Of a DNA stretch of 64,000 bases, positions 20,740 through 29,646 are shown one piece after another. The stretch comes from an uncultured Planctomycetaceae bacterium. GTDB lineage: Bacteria; Planctomycetota; Planctomycetia; Pirellulales; PALSA-1355. How positions within the stretch are numbered: the first letter of the stretch is position 1; each line of letters opens with the position of its first letter. The stretch covers positions 3,890-67,889 of the forward strand of contig CAVZWY010000022.1 in NCBI GenBank assembly GCA_963779015.1, written 5' to 3'. The position numbers and the translations under genes are program-made. The notes under the pieces were generated by a model. That model had not been told where the DNA came from and made no database searches. It saw nothing but the letters and a program-made list of their open reading frames with translations.

Positions 20740-21517
20740 CTGGGCCCAGACGTCGGGCAACAGGGGCGTGAGTTGCTGCGGCGTGGGTGGTGCCTCGCCG
20801 TGCTGCGTTCTCAGGGTTGCCAGTCGCTCCATCACGTCGCGCAGGTAAGCCCACACATCCAGATGATGTCGCGCGGCGCTGGCCACGACCGTATAGAGCA
20901 CGGCTGCCCGCGGTCCGGCTGCGGGGCTGCCGATGAAGAGCCAGTTGCGGCGTCCGATGGTCAGCGCCTGCGGATCGCGTTCGGTGTCGTTGTTGTCGAT
21001 CGGCAGGCGGCCGTCGTCGATGTAGTTCACCAGCGCCGACCACTGGTTCCGCGCGTAGCCGACCGCTTCGCCCCATTTCAGCTTGGGCAGCGCCGCCGAC
21101 GCCTGCTCAGCGAGCCACGCGCGCAGCCGATCCAACAACGGCACGGCCTCGCGCTGCCGTAGTGCATGTCGTTCGTCGGGCGAGAAATCCCGTGCGCGGT
21201 CTTCGAGGTCGTACAACTGCTGAAAGAAGGCCAGCGCCTCGGCCGACAGCCGGGAGTGTGAGCTCTTGGCTTCCTCGAACTTGCGGCGTGCATGTGCCCA
21301 GCAGCAACTGGCATTGATCCGTCCGCCGCTACCCAGATAGACCCCCTGGTTGACGCCATAGGCGTCGACTTTCACCGTGCCGCGAAAATTCCGCAGAAAC
21401 GCACTGGGTCCGTCCCGCGCGCGACTCTCATGAAAGTAGAATACATCGCCTGAGCGGACGAAGTTTCAAGAATTCCGAAGATGTTTTTTTCGGGTAAGCG
21501 CGTGGGATACAGCGTCA

Positions 21518-21865
21518 TCATCCCGCCTGCCGCCAGCGCTTTCGCGGCCGCGTTTGTTTCAGATCGACGCCGGCGAGGATCAGCGCCAGTTGCTGGGCCG
21601 TGAGGGTCATCGAGTCGCCGTCATGCGCGGGTAGGGCGAACGTCCCCCGCTGAAGCTGCTTGTAAAAAATCACGAACCCATCCCCCTCCCAGAGCATCAG
21701 CTTGAGCCGGTCGCGGCGGCGATTCACGAACACGAACCAATCGCCCGACAGCGGATCCTGCCGCAGCGCTTCGACAATGATGCCGTGCAAACCAGAAAAC
21801 GATTTTCTCATGTCGGTCGCGGCCGTGTACAGAAACACGCGCACCGGCGCGGGCACGTTCAGCAC
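21518..21865 (-). CDS. tnpB: IS66 accessory protein TnpB (Orf2)
   Basis: The protein reads VRVFLYTAATDMRKSFSGLHGIIVEALRQDPLSGDWFVFVNRRRDRLKLMLWEGDGFVIFYKQL. Confidence 0.85.
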   Translation of the reverse strand: MLNVPAPVRVFLYTAATDMRKSFSGLHGIIVEALRQDPLSGDWFVFVNRRRDRLKLMLWEGDGFVIFYKQLQRGTFALPAHDGDSMTLTAQQLALILAGVDLKQTRPRKRWRQAG

Positions 21866-22333
21866 GGGCGACGCTCCTCGCGCAACGCCGTGCTCGAAGA
21901 GTTGCGCGTCGAGGTCGCGGCCGAGGCGCTCGTGTCGCAGACCTGCATCGCCGCGCGAAGGGCAGTCAGCACCAGTTCGTGCGTCGCCCGCGGCGGCAGC
22001 ATGATGATCACGCCGCCGGGAAGCGTGATCCGGATTCCCTCGGACCCGGGCCAGCTAGTCGTCGGCACCTGGACGAACCGTTGGCCGCCGAGTTGGGCTG
22101 TCCGACGAACGACTGGGCCGCCGGTTCGCACTCGCCGGCTGCCGGCTCAATCGTTTGCGCCAGTTGAAGAACGATGGCTGCGAAACCCGCTCTTGCCGGC
22201 AGAACTCGGCGATCGATAGTCCGCTGCGCCGCCAGTTGGCGAGCCGCTCCCGCCACTGCGCAGCCAAAACGCTGCTTGCCAATCGGGCCATGGCTCGTGC
22301 TCCCGCGCCTGAGAAAAAAACGATTTCACTCAA
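21859..22333 (-). pseudogene. tnpA: IS66 TnpA (Orf1), frameshifted near 22060-22130
   Basis: The N-terminal half (ORF 22055..22333) has WRERLANWRRSGLSIAEFCRQERVSQPSFFNWRKRL. The C-terminal half (ORF 21859..22131) has FVQVP...IRITLPGGVIIMLPPRATHELVLTALRAAM and lies in another frame. Confidence 0.7.
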
Positions 22334-22334
22334 G

Positions 22335-22664
22335 CTACCGCACGCGCCAAGAATGGGTGGACCGAGCGCCTTTCAAATTGGCGCGGTAATATCGACCAAG
22401 CGAAGCCGCCGCCTTCGCATATTTCATGTCTCGCGAGAGCGGGCCGTTGCCGCGCTGCACGGCGTTCCGCTTTTGGTGGGGCATGGGCTGGCCGGGGTTC
22501 GTCAACAGTGCGACCAGTGGCCGCTTGCCGGCGTCGAACTTCAAATACGGCTCGGGCGCGGCGCTGAGATCAAAGCGATCGCTGATGGCCGACGAGACTT
22601 GAAGCCGTTCATCTAGCCAGTCGGTCCAGAGGTCTTCGCAATAGCGGCAGAAATCTGTTTTCAT
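22335..22664 (-). CDS. hypothetical protein, probably 3'-truncated by the IS66 insertion
   Basis: The 109-aa ORF has no family I recognise. Its stop abuts the putative IS66 left end, and MITE copy C lies 30 nt upstream. Confidence 0.3.
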   Translation of the reverse strand: MKTDFCRYCEDLWTDWLDERLQVSSAISDRFDLSAAPEPYLKFDAGKRPLVALLTNPGQPMPHQKRNAVQRGNGPLSRDMKYAKAAASLGRYYRANLKGARSTHSWRVR

Positions 22665-22693
22665 GCGCGGCTCGTTTGGAAAGGGCAGGCGTC

Positions 22694-22827
22694 GGCTCTG
22701 TAGAGAACTCTACCAGGGTGCTATGTTCGAACCGGTCGAAAGCACGTCGTTGAACTCGAAAATCGCGTGGCTTCTGACTGGACTGTTTGCCGGTTTCGAC
22801 GTGTGAGCGAGTGTTTTCTACAGAGCC
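22694..22827 (+). mobile_element. 134-bp MITE-like element, copy C
   Basis: It is near-identical to copy A and is flanked by the 9-bp duplication GCAGGCGTC (22685-22693 and 22828-22836). Confidence 0.85.
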
Positions 22828-22834
22828 GCAGGCG

Positions 22835-23347
22835 TCAGTTTTGTAGGTGGAATGGTTGGGGGTGACGGGTCCAGAATCCGGTCCATTGGGTGGTTTGGCT
22901 GAGGAGGAGGGCGTGGAGGTGGCACATGGCGTTGCTGCCGCGCTCGCCCCAGCGCATCCCGGCACCTTTCAGTCTTTGGGTGACGACGGGCTCTGTAGAA
23001 AACACTCGCTCACACGTCGAAACCGGCAAACAGTCCAGTCAGAAGCCACGCGATTTTCGAGTTCAACGACGTGCTTTCGACCGGTTCGAACATAGCACCC
23101 TGGTAGAGTTCTCTACAGAGCCGGTGACGACGCGTTTGCAACTCGACTCCACCGGCCCCGAACCGATCTGCCAGCCGTTGGCGAGGTAACGCGGATAGTC
23201 CATCCGGTGTTCATGGTTTCGGAAGTATTGCAACTCGGCGCGGTGCGTCTCCAATCGCTCGACGCCCCAAAGCGTTGTGTCGAGTTGCTCGAAGATCCGA
23301 CGTAGCGTCGAGCCCCCCCTGATGCTTGAGCGTGTGACACCACGTTT
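22835..23347 (-). pseudogene. C-terminal remnant of an ISKra4/ISLre2-like DDE transposase (family assignment tentative), interrupted by MITE copy D and truncated by the IS1634-family element
   Basis: The sequence reads ...ELQYFRNHEHRMDYPRYLANGWQIGSGPVESSCKRVVT, then the MITE, then VVTQRLKGAGMRWGERGSNAMCHLHALLLSQ.... The duplicated VVT codons are the MITE target duplication. Confidence 0.55.
22989..23122 (-). mobile_element. 134-bp MITE-like element, copy D (inverted relative to A and C)
   Basis: It has the same sequence in reverse orientation and is flanked by GGTGACGACG on both sides (22979-22988 and 23123-23132). Confidence 0.85.
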
Positions 23348-25320
23348 TAGCCCAAGTTCCCCAGCGTTGAAACAAAATTGGGGCGGGGAGTGATTTTCTG
23401 GAAGGTTGTTGTGACGCAAGTCGTTTTGCGATGGCGATGGGACGGGGCGTCGGCGAGTTTTTTCTGGCGTCGGGCGTGTAGTGGAAAAACTCCCGCCGAA
23501 TCGCCGCTAACATCAGGGCATGTTCTTGCGGCCTCTCTACCGCCGACGCGACGGCCAGCGCGAAGCGTATTGGGCGCTCGTCGAGTCGTACCGCACCGAA
23601 CGGGGCCCGCGGCAGCGAACGGTGGCTTACCTGGGACTGATGGACGAGGCTGGCCGGCTGGGTATGGAACAGGCAGCCGACCCACGACCGCCAGTGTTGC
23701 AACACGAGCTGTTCCCACGGGCCAAGACCGAGCCGCGCTTCGTCGAGGTCGACCGCGCGGCGGTGCGGGTCGAGAACTGCCGGCAGTTCGGCGCGCCTTG
23801 GTTGGCGTTGGAACTGGTCAAACAACTCGGACTCCACGAGTTCTTGGAGCATGCGCTGCCAACGGGACAAGAGCACGTGCCCTGGTCGTTGACGGCGTTG
23901 ATCCTGGTCATCGCGCGGCTCCGTGAGCCTTCCAGCGAATTGCACATCGCCGAACATTTCTATCGGCAGAGCGGCTTGTGCGATCTGCTCGGCGTTCCGG
24001 TCGGCAAGGTAGATGACAACCGCCTCTATCGCGGGCTCGACGAACTGCTGCCGCACAAACGGGCGCTGGAGGCGTTTCTCAAGCAACGCTTCGGCGAGTT
24101 GTTCGCCATCGAGTACGACCTGTTGCTGTACGACGTGACCAGCACGTACTTCGAGGGGCAGGCCAGTGCCAATCCCTTGGCCCAGCGCGGTTACTCGCGC
24201 GATCATCGGCCCGACTGCAAACAGGTTTGCATCGGCCTGGTGGTGACGCGCTGCGGCCTGCCGTTGGGCTACGAAGTCTTCGCCGGAAATCGGCACGATT
24301 CGACCACGTTGGAGGAGATTGTCGAGACGATGGAAGCCCGCTATGGCCGAGCCCAACGCATCTGGGCGCTGGATCGCGGCATGGTCTCACGGGACAACCT
24401 CGACTTCCTGAATGCCGGCGGGCGGCAGTACATCGTGGGCACGCCCAAGAGCCAGCTCAAGCGGTTCGAACAACAACTGGCGGCGCGGGACTGGCACGCG
24501 ATCCGCGACGGGCTGGAGGTCAAGTTGTGTCCCTGTCCCGACGGGAGCAGCGAGACCTACATTCTTTGTCGCAGCCGGGATCGTCGCCAGAAGGAGCAAG
24601 CGATGCACGCGCGGTTCGAGAAGCGCATCGAGGAAGGGTTGGCCAAGATCGCGGCCAGTTGCCTCAAACGCGCCCAGCCGGTGGGGCAAATCGAGCGGCG
24701 CGTGGGACGCTTGCTGGGACAGAACACGCGGGCCGCGGGCCTGTTCGAGATTCAGATTCGCGCGGCCGCCAACGGCGCCGCGCGGGTCAGTTGGAAGAAG
24801 GTCGAGAAGTGGCGCGCGTGGGCACAACTGAGCGAAGGCTCGTATGTGCTGCGCGGCAACGTGAGCGGCTGGAGCGACGAAGACCTGTGGCGTGCCTACA
24901 TCCAATTGACCGACGCGGAGACGGCCTTCCGCATCCACAAGAGCGACCTCTCGCTACGCCCGGTATGGCATCAGAAGCAGGACCGCGTGCTGGCGCACAT
25001 TCTGGTTTGTTTCTTGGCCTTCGTGCTTTGGAAGTTCCTGGGCCAGCTCTGCCAGCGGGCCGGCCTGGGAAACGAACCGCGGCGGGTCCTGACCGAGTTG
25101 AGTGAGCTGCGCGTGGTCGATGTCGTGCTGCCCACGAAAGACGGTCGCGAGCTTCGCACGCGTTGCGTGACCCAGCCCAGCCCGCACCAGAAAATCCTGC
25201 TCCAGCGGCTCGGCTTGAAACTACCCGGCCGCCTGCGCACGACCGACTTGTAGTGGAAAAATCAACCCGCCGCGCATTCGGGCGCAAGCACTTACGTCAA
25301 ACGTTGGGGAAGTTGGGTTA
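23348..25320 (+). mobile_element. IS1634-family insertion sequence (~1.97 kb)
   Basis: The terminal IRs are TAGCCCAAGTTCCCCAGCGTT (23348-) and AACGTTGGGGAAGTTGGGTTA (-25320), matching at ~18/21 positions. I saw no clear target duplication. Confidence 0.65.
23520..25253 (+). CDS. IS1634-family (IS4-related) DDE transposase
   Basis: The protein carries MFLRPLYRRRDGQREAYWALVESYRTERGPRQRTVAYLG, DVTSTYFEG, RGYSRDHRPDCKQV, DRGMVS and WRAYIQLTDAETAFRIHKSDL. Confidence 0.85.
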   Translation: MFLRPLYRRRDGQREAYWALVESYRTERGPRQRTVAYLGLMDEAGRLGMEQAADPRPPVLQHELFPRAKTEPRFVEVDRAAVRVENCRQFGAPWLALELVKQLGLHEFLEHALPTGQEHVPWSLTALILVIARLREPSSELHIAEHFYRQSGLCDLLGVPVGKVDDNRLYRGLDELLPHKRALEAFLKQRFGELFAIEYDLLLYDVTSTYFEGQASANPLAQRGYSRDHRPDCKQVCIGLVVTRCGLPLGYEVFAGNRHDSTTLEEIVETMEARYGRAQRIWALDRGMVSRDNLDFLNAGGRQYIVGTPKSQLKRFEQQLAARDWHAIRDGLEVKLCPCPDGSSETYILCRSRDRRQKEQAMHARFEKRIEEGLAKIAASCLKRAQPVGQIERRVGRLLGQNTRAAGLFEIQIRAAANGAARVSWKKVEKWRAWAQLSEGSYVLRGNVSGWSDEDLWRAYIQLTDAETAFRIHKSDLSLRPVWHQKQDRVLAHILVCFLAFVLWKFLGQLCQRAGLGNEPRRVLTELSELRVVDVVLPTKDGRELRTRCVTQPSPHQKILLQRLGLKLPGRLRTTDL

Positions 25321-27107
25321 GAACTCCAGCGCCCGAAACGCAGACAGTCCCATCCGCATGGGGACAAACGTGGCCAGCGCTCCAACGAGACAGCGCCCAG
25401 AGTGCCCAGGACCAGCCAGACTTGCACCCAGAGCGGCTGAATGTCGGTTTGCATCGTGGCCACGTAGAAATGCGAGGGCAGCGCCGTGAGCAAGACGACC
25501 ACGATGATGTAGAAGGCGCTGACCACCAGGCTCAAGGTGCCTCCGAAGCCGGCGGCGATTTTCGAGGGAGACTCCTCGCGCAGGTCGGGCATCTTGGCGC
25601 CCAGCCCCACGGCAATGCCGGCCAGGCCCACGCACAGCAGCACGCACGTCAATTGGTGAATCGCCAGCACGATGGTCGAGATCCCCAGCATCAGGTCGCT
25701 CAGCAGGATCAATCCGCAGCACGGAAGCGTGGCGCCCGCCGCGGCGAACAAGAATTTGCTCCACAGAATGGCTTCGCGCCGCACCGGCAACATGCACAAG
25801 ATCCAGAATCGGCGTCCTTCCAGGCTCAACATCGGAAAGATGAAGCGCGTCGTAAACGTCGACAGGATCAATCCCACCACCGCCAGGTTCAAAAAGCTGA
25901 TCATGTTGACCCAGGCGGCGTAGTTAACGTCGTAGCTGAAGCGGCGGATGTTTGCGAAATAGAGCGTCAGCAGTCCGAAGAAAATCAGAAACTGCGACCA
26001 CTGCACCGGATCGCGGCGAAACAGCCGCAGGTCTTTGACGATCAACAGCCGCATCGGCGCCGTTAGCAGCGGCATGCTCATGGCCAGCCGATCGAGCCAG
26101 AATTTCGCTCGGGGCTGACGTCGCGCGCGGTCGGTGCGCAGTTCGCTATAGCTAATGCGATAAATGCGAGCTCCCACGGCCACCGCCAGCACGCGAAAGA
26201 ACAAGGCATTGGAAATCAGCAGCGACAAAAACAGCAAACTCTCGGCCCACGAAGCGCGGCCGGCCGGCGTTGTTTCGTTGTGGGCCGCTTCGAGCAATCC
26301 GGCGCTGAGCCACCAGCTTGGCAGCAGCCGATGCTCGCTGAATTGCAGCCGCGCGAGCATCTCTTGAAACCACAGCGGCGTCAGCAGGTCCCCCTCGGTG
26401 CGTTCCAACAGCGACCAGCCGATGAGCAACAGAACCGTCGCGGCGGCCAGCGACGCCAACAGCAGAAAATGCCGCTGCATTCGCGCAATCTGATGCACGA
26501 AAAGCATGCACACGATGGCGCCGGCCCCGCCCGGAATGTACACGAACGCTCCCATGAACGCCGGCAACAGTGCGAAGTAATACCAGGGAGCGTTCGCCTG
26601 CAAGCCGTACGCGACGAGCATGGGGCTGCCCAACAGCAGAAAGCCCCAACTGGAAAACACGATCGCTTCCTGAAACTTGTGCAGGACGATGCGTTCGGGC
26701 CGAATGGGCGTGGTCAGTAGAAACTCGGCCTCATCCGAGCAATACAGCCCGCCGTACAGAATGATGCCCGAGGAGAGCACCAGCATCATCATCAGCGAAG
26801 CGAAGAACACGTTGTAGATTGCCTGGACGGTTTGGGCGTACGTGTCCTCGTGGCCGATGGCCAGATTCAAAAACTCAAATCCGCCGACGAACAATCGAAA
26901 CAATCCATACCAGAACAGAGCGCTCAAAACAACGACCAGCGTCACGCGGAGCCTGGCGGTGAAAAGCGCCTGGCGCAGTGACGCAGCCACGGTCCGCCAC
27001 CGCACCCACCACAACAACCGCGCCTCGGCGTTGTGGCTGAGCTCGCCGGTCTCGTCGCGCGTCGCGTGCTCCAGCGGAGCCGGCAGGGCATGGGCCAGCT
27101 CGCTCAT
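25318..27107 (-). CDS. ABC-2-type exporter permease (large, ~12 TM), C-terminal frameshift near 25385-25395
   Basis: The 628-aa ORF is polytopic. The native tail ...VGALATFVPMRMGLSAFRALEF lies in another frame and ends at TAA 25318-25320, which coincides with the last bases of the IS right end. Confidence 0.75.
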
Positions 27108-27901
27108 GCCGAATGCTCCTCGCCCGCCGCGGCGCGGGGCGATTCGGCGGTCGGGGCGCCGTTTTCAGATGCCGCCATCTTTCCGGACGTGAAGCTCAAG
27201 TAGAGTTGTTCGAGCGATCGCTCGCGCGTGGCCAGTTCCTCGCGCAATTCATCGATCGTGCCCAAAAACTGCAATTGGCCCTTGTCCACGATTCCCACTC
27301 GATCGGCGATCTCCTCGGCAATGGCCAGTAGATGCGTCGACATGAACGTGGTCTGGCCGGCGGCCGATTTCGCCCGCAACAGATCCTTGATCATTCGCAC
27401 GCTGCGGGGGTCGAGGCCCACCATCGGCTCGTCGATCACGAGTACTTTGGGATCGTGCAACAGCGCCGCGGCAAACGCCAATCGCTGTTTCATGCCGTGC
27501 GAATAGCTCTCCGTCAAATCGTCGACAAAGTCGTGCAACTCGAACGTGGCAATCTGCTCGGCAATTTTTTCGGCCGTGTCGCGATCATCAATGCCGTACA
27601 TTTGGGCAATGAATTGCAGGAATTCCCGGCCGGAAAGCTTGTCGTACAAATAGGGCACGTCGGGCACATAACCCAACAGGCGATTTGCCGCGCGGCCGGT
27701 GCTCGTGACATCGTGCCCACAGAGACGGATCGTTCCCGAACTGGGCCGTAGCAATCCCACGATCATCTTGATCGTGGTGGTTTTGCCGGCGCCGTTGGGA
27801 CCGAGAAACGCAAACAATTCGCCGCGCGGGATCTCCAGCGTCAGCTCGGAGACGGCGACTTTCTCGCCATAGCGACGGGTAACCTGGTCAAATTGAATCA
27901 T
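27104..27901 (-). CDS. ABC transporter ATP-binding protein
   Basis: Walker A (GPNGAGKTT), the signature LSGRE-type region and Walker B (LVIDEP) are present. A 4-nt overlap with the permease start suggests translational coupling. Confidence 0.9.
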   Translation of the reverse strand: MIQFDQVTRRYGEKVAVSELTLEIPRGELFAFLGPNGAGKTTTIKMIVGLLRPSSGTIRLCGHDVTSTGRAANRLLGYVPDVPYLYDKLSGREFLQFIAQMYGIDDRDTAEKIAEQIATFELHDFVDDLTESYSHGMKQRLAFAAALLHDPKVLVIDEPMVGLDPRSVRMIKDLLRAKSAAGQTTFMSTHLLAIAEEIADRVGIVDKGQLQFLGTIDELREELATRERSLEQLYLSFTSGKMAASENGAPTAESPRAAAGEEHSA

Positions 27902-27956
27902 GCGAAACGTTCTGCCCGATCATGGCTGTTTGATGTGACGGCCGCGCCACGCGTTG

Positions 27957-28912
27957 TCACGGCGCAACTCGCGGGGGCGGTTCGAGCATGACCGTTCGCA
28001 AGTCGTCCGACAATTCACCGGACAAACCGGGACCCAGGGCATCGACAAGATCGTCGGCCATGACTCTCGGCATGCGAACAAACACCAAGCGCGACCGCAG
28101 CACCGCCGCTTCCTGGCGCACCACGAGCCCATCGTCGCGAACCCACATGCGGCCGCGTACGTTGTCGCCCGCTGGGCCCGCGCCGGATCACTGCGAAATA
28201 CGACCAACTTGCCAGTGTCTTGCTGGCCGTTCCAATTGATTTTTTCCACCTGCTCGACATGCGCGTGCAGAATTTCCATCGGACTGGTGGGCGGACGAAA
28301 CGGATTGTACAGCGGCACGGTCCATCGCTGTCCGACGCGCAGCGCCGGCATCATGGCCTGGGGCGACAACTCGTCGCTCATCAAGGCGTTTGGCGGCAAA
28401 TAACATTCAAATGTCTTGGGGATGTCGCCCGAGCGAACCGTGATCGACAGCGTCGAGCCCTCGACCTGGCCACTGATCTTGATGGCGTCGCGAATCTCGG
28501 CAATTCGCACGCGGGACTCGAATCTGACAAGCCGCCCCAACGGGTCGATGACCATTTGGCTTTGCTTGTCGACGTCGAGCCGACCCAGGTCGCCTAGCGC
28601 CGGCTTGAGCACTTTGTTCAGCCAACCGGGGGCCAATTCATCCAAGGGCAGCTTGGCCAGATAGACGCGGCTGTGCAACTCCGCGATATTGTCCTTGCGC
28701 CGCACCAGTCTGCTGGCGGCCCAGCCGATCGGCCGGCTGTCGATGTAAATGCTCCAGCATGCGACGGGCTGTCGTCGGCTCTCTTCGAGAATCGCCTGAT
28801 AGCTTGGCGGCTCTCCTACCCGCAGCGGCGGCAACACCTTGGCCACGACCAGCCACGTCATGGTGGCCAACCAGAACAGCACCACGATTACGTTAAATGG
28901 GTGATTCCCCAT
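27957..28912 (-). CDS. membrane-anchored hypothetical protein upstream of the ABC exporter, frameshifted near 28180-28195
   Basis: There is an N-terminal TM helix (VIVVLFWLATMTWLVVAKV). The coherent continuation ...SGAGPAGDNVRGRMWVRDDGLVVRQEAAVLRSRLVFVRMP... is found in a second frame that ends at 27957. Confidence 0.5.
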
Positions 28913-29031
28913 ACGCGACGACTGGCCTGCTTAGCTGCCTGTCCCGGAGTCACGACGAACACCCCTGAGTCTAAACCATCATGCCTAAGTTGACGAGGCG
29001 CGGCACGCGGCACGACGGCGCGCACCATGAC

Positions 29032-29057
29032 GTAGCAGAATTCGCAAGAATTCAGCC
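29032..29057. repeat. 26-nt palindrome-containing motif, copy 1 (GTAGCAGAATTCGCAAGAATTCAGCC)
   Basis: It matches 43949-43974 at 25/26 positions. The core is (C)AGAATTC-GCAA-GAATTCAG, and it lies ~120-145 nt upstream of the minus-strand gene starting at 28912. Confidence 0.6.
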
Positions 29058-29257
29058 CATTCAATTTTTGGCCCGACGACTTCAGCCAGCATTGCCGTAG
29101 GCCAGTCGAACCTCAGGTGCAAGCCGCTTGTCCAGACGCTTGTTCCGACGGGAACGAAGCCTCGCCAACGGCGAGGTGGAAGTTGAATTCTTCGTAAGAT
29201 TGCCGTTGCGGCGCGTTTTTCCGCTAAGATGATGAGCTACGAGTTGGCGAGGCGCTT

Positions 29258-29273
29258 TGTGATTTCTTTCACA
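29258..29273. promoter_or_regulatory. CRP/FNR-type palindrome TGTGA-N6-TCACA
   Basis: The perfect site TGTGAtttcttTCACA sits in the 476-nt AT-richer divergent intergenic region, ~115 nt upstream of the ATG at 29389. Confidence 0.3.
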
Positions 29274-29388
29274 ATGCGATATGCACTGCATTCGCAATAT
29301 CAGGAACTTTTATTGAACGGTCGCTGCAATTTCGGTATGATGAGCCGGCTTTGGCAGGATTGGCCTAGGTAAGGGAGGTACCGAAATC

Positions 29389-29619
29389 ATGTCCATGTAT
29401 TTCGTTCAGGAATGCCCAACCTGCGGCCGCACTTTGCAGGTTTCCGTCGAGTATTTGGGCCGCCAGGTTGTGTGCCAACATTGCCACGGACGCTTTGAGG
29501 CGTGCGACCCGGCCAACTCTGGACAGCGGCCCATATCCGACTCGGGCATCGACCTGCTCCGTCGCGCCGATCGACTGCTGGGTTCAACGGGCGATCATGA
29601 CCCGTCCAGCGTGATGTAG
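29389..29619 (+). CDS. small zinc-ribbon protein (CxxC...CxxC)
   Basis: MSMYFVQECPTCGRTLQVSVEYLGRQVVCQHCHGRF is followed by a disordered tail. A GGAGG-like sequence lies upstream of the ATG. Confidence 0.45.
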   Translation: MSMYFVQECPTCGRTLQVSVEYLGRQVVCQHCHGRFEACDPANSGQRPISDSGIDLLRRADRLLGSTGDHDPSSVM

Positions 29620-29646
29620 TCGCCGTCGGAATCATTCGCCGCAGGG

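Larger units (their letters stand above)
19086..21466 (-). pseudogene. IS66 TnpC transposase remnant (C-terminal ~260 aa only), split by an IS insertion at 19217..20739
   Basis: The sequence reads ...SGDVFYFHESRARDGPSAFLRNFRGTVKVDAYGVNQ...CWAHARRKF...LPIDNNDTER...GRRNWLFIGS...LLPDVWAQ, then the inserted IS, then AHPESVRDYRQHEQESRA... to a stop at 19086-19088. Confidence 0.75.
19077..22354 (-). mobile_element. decayed IS66-family element (tnpA frameshifted, tnpB intact, tnpC 5'-deleted and interrupted by an IS4-family element)
   Basis: Gene order is tnpA-tnpB-tnpC on the minus strand. GTAAGCG-like termini lie at 19077 (GCAAGCGTCCGGCCTAC) and in inverted form around 22338-22354. The boundaries are approximate. 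Confidence 0.55.

Noticed and set aside
22916-22935. Second sigma54-like motif, TGGCACatggcGTTGC.
   Set aside because: The spacing is off by one, and the motif lies inside a transposase remnant.
29082-29297. 71-aa ORF on the minus strand in the AT-richer intergenic region.
   Set aside because: It is basic and low-complexity, has no ribosome-binding context, and overlaps the palindromic motifs. It is more likely non-coding regulatory DNA.
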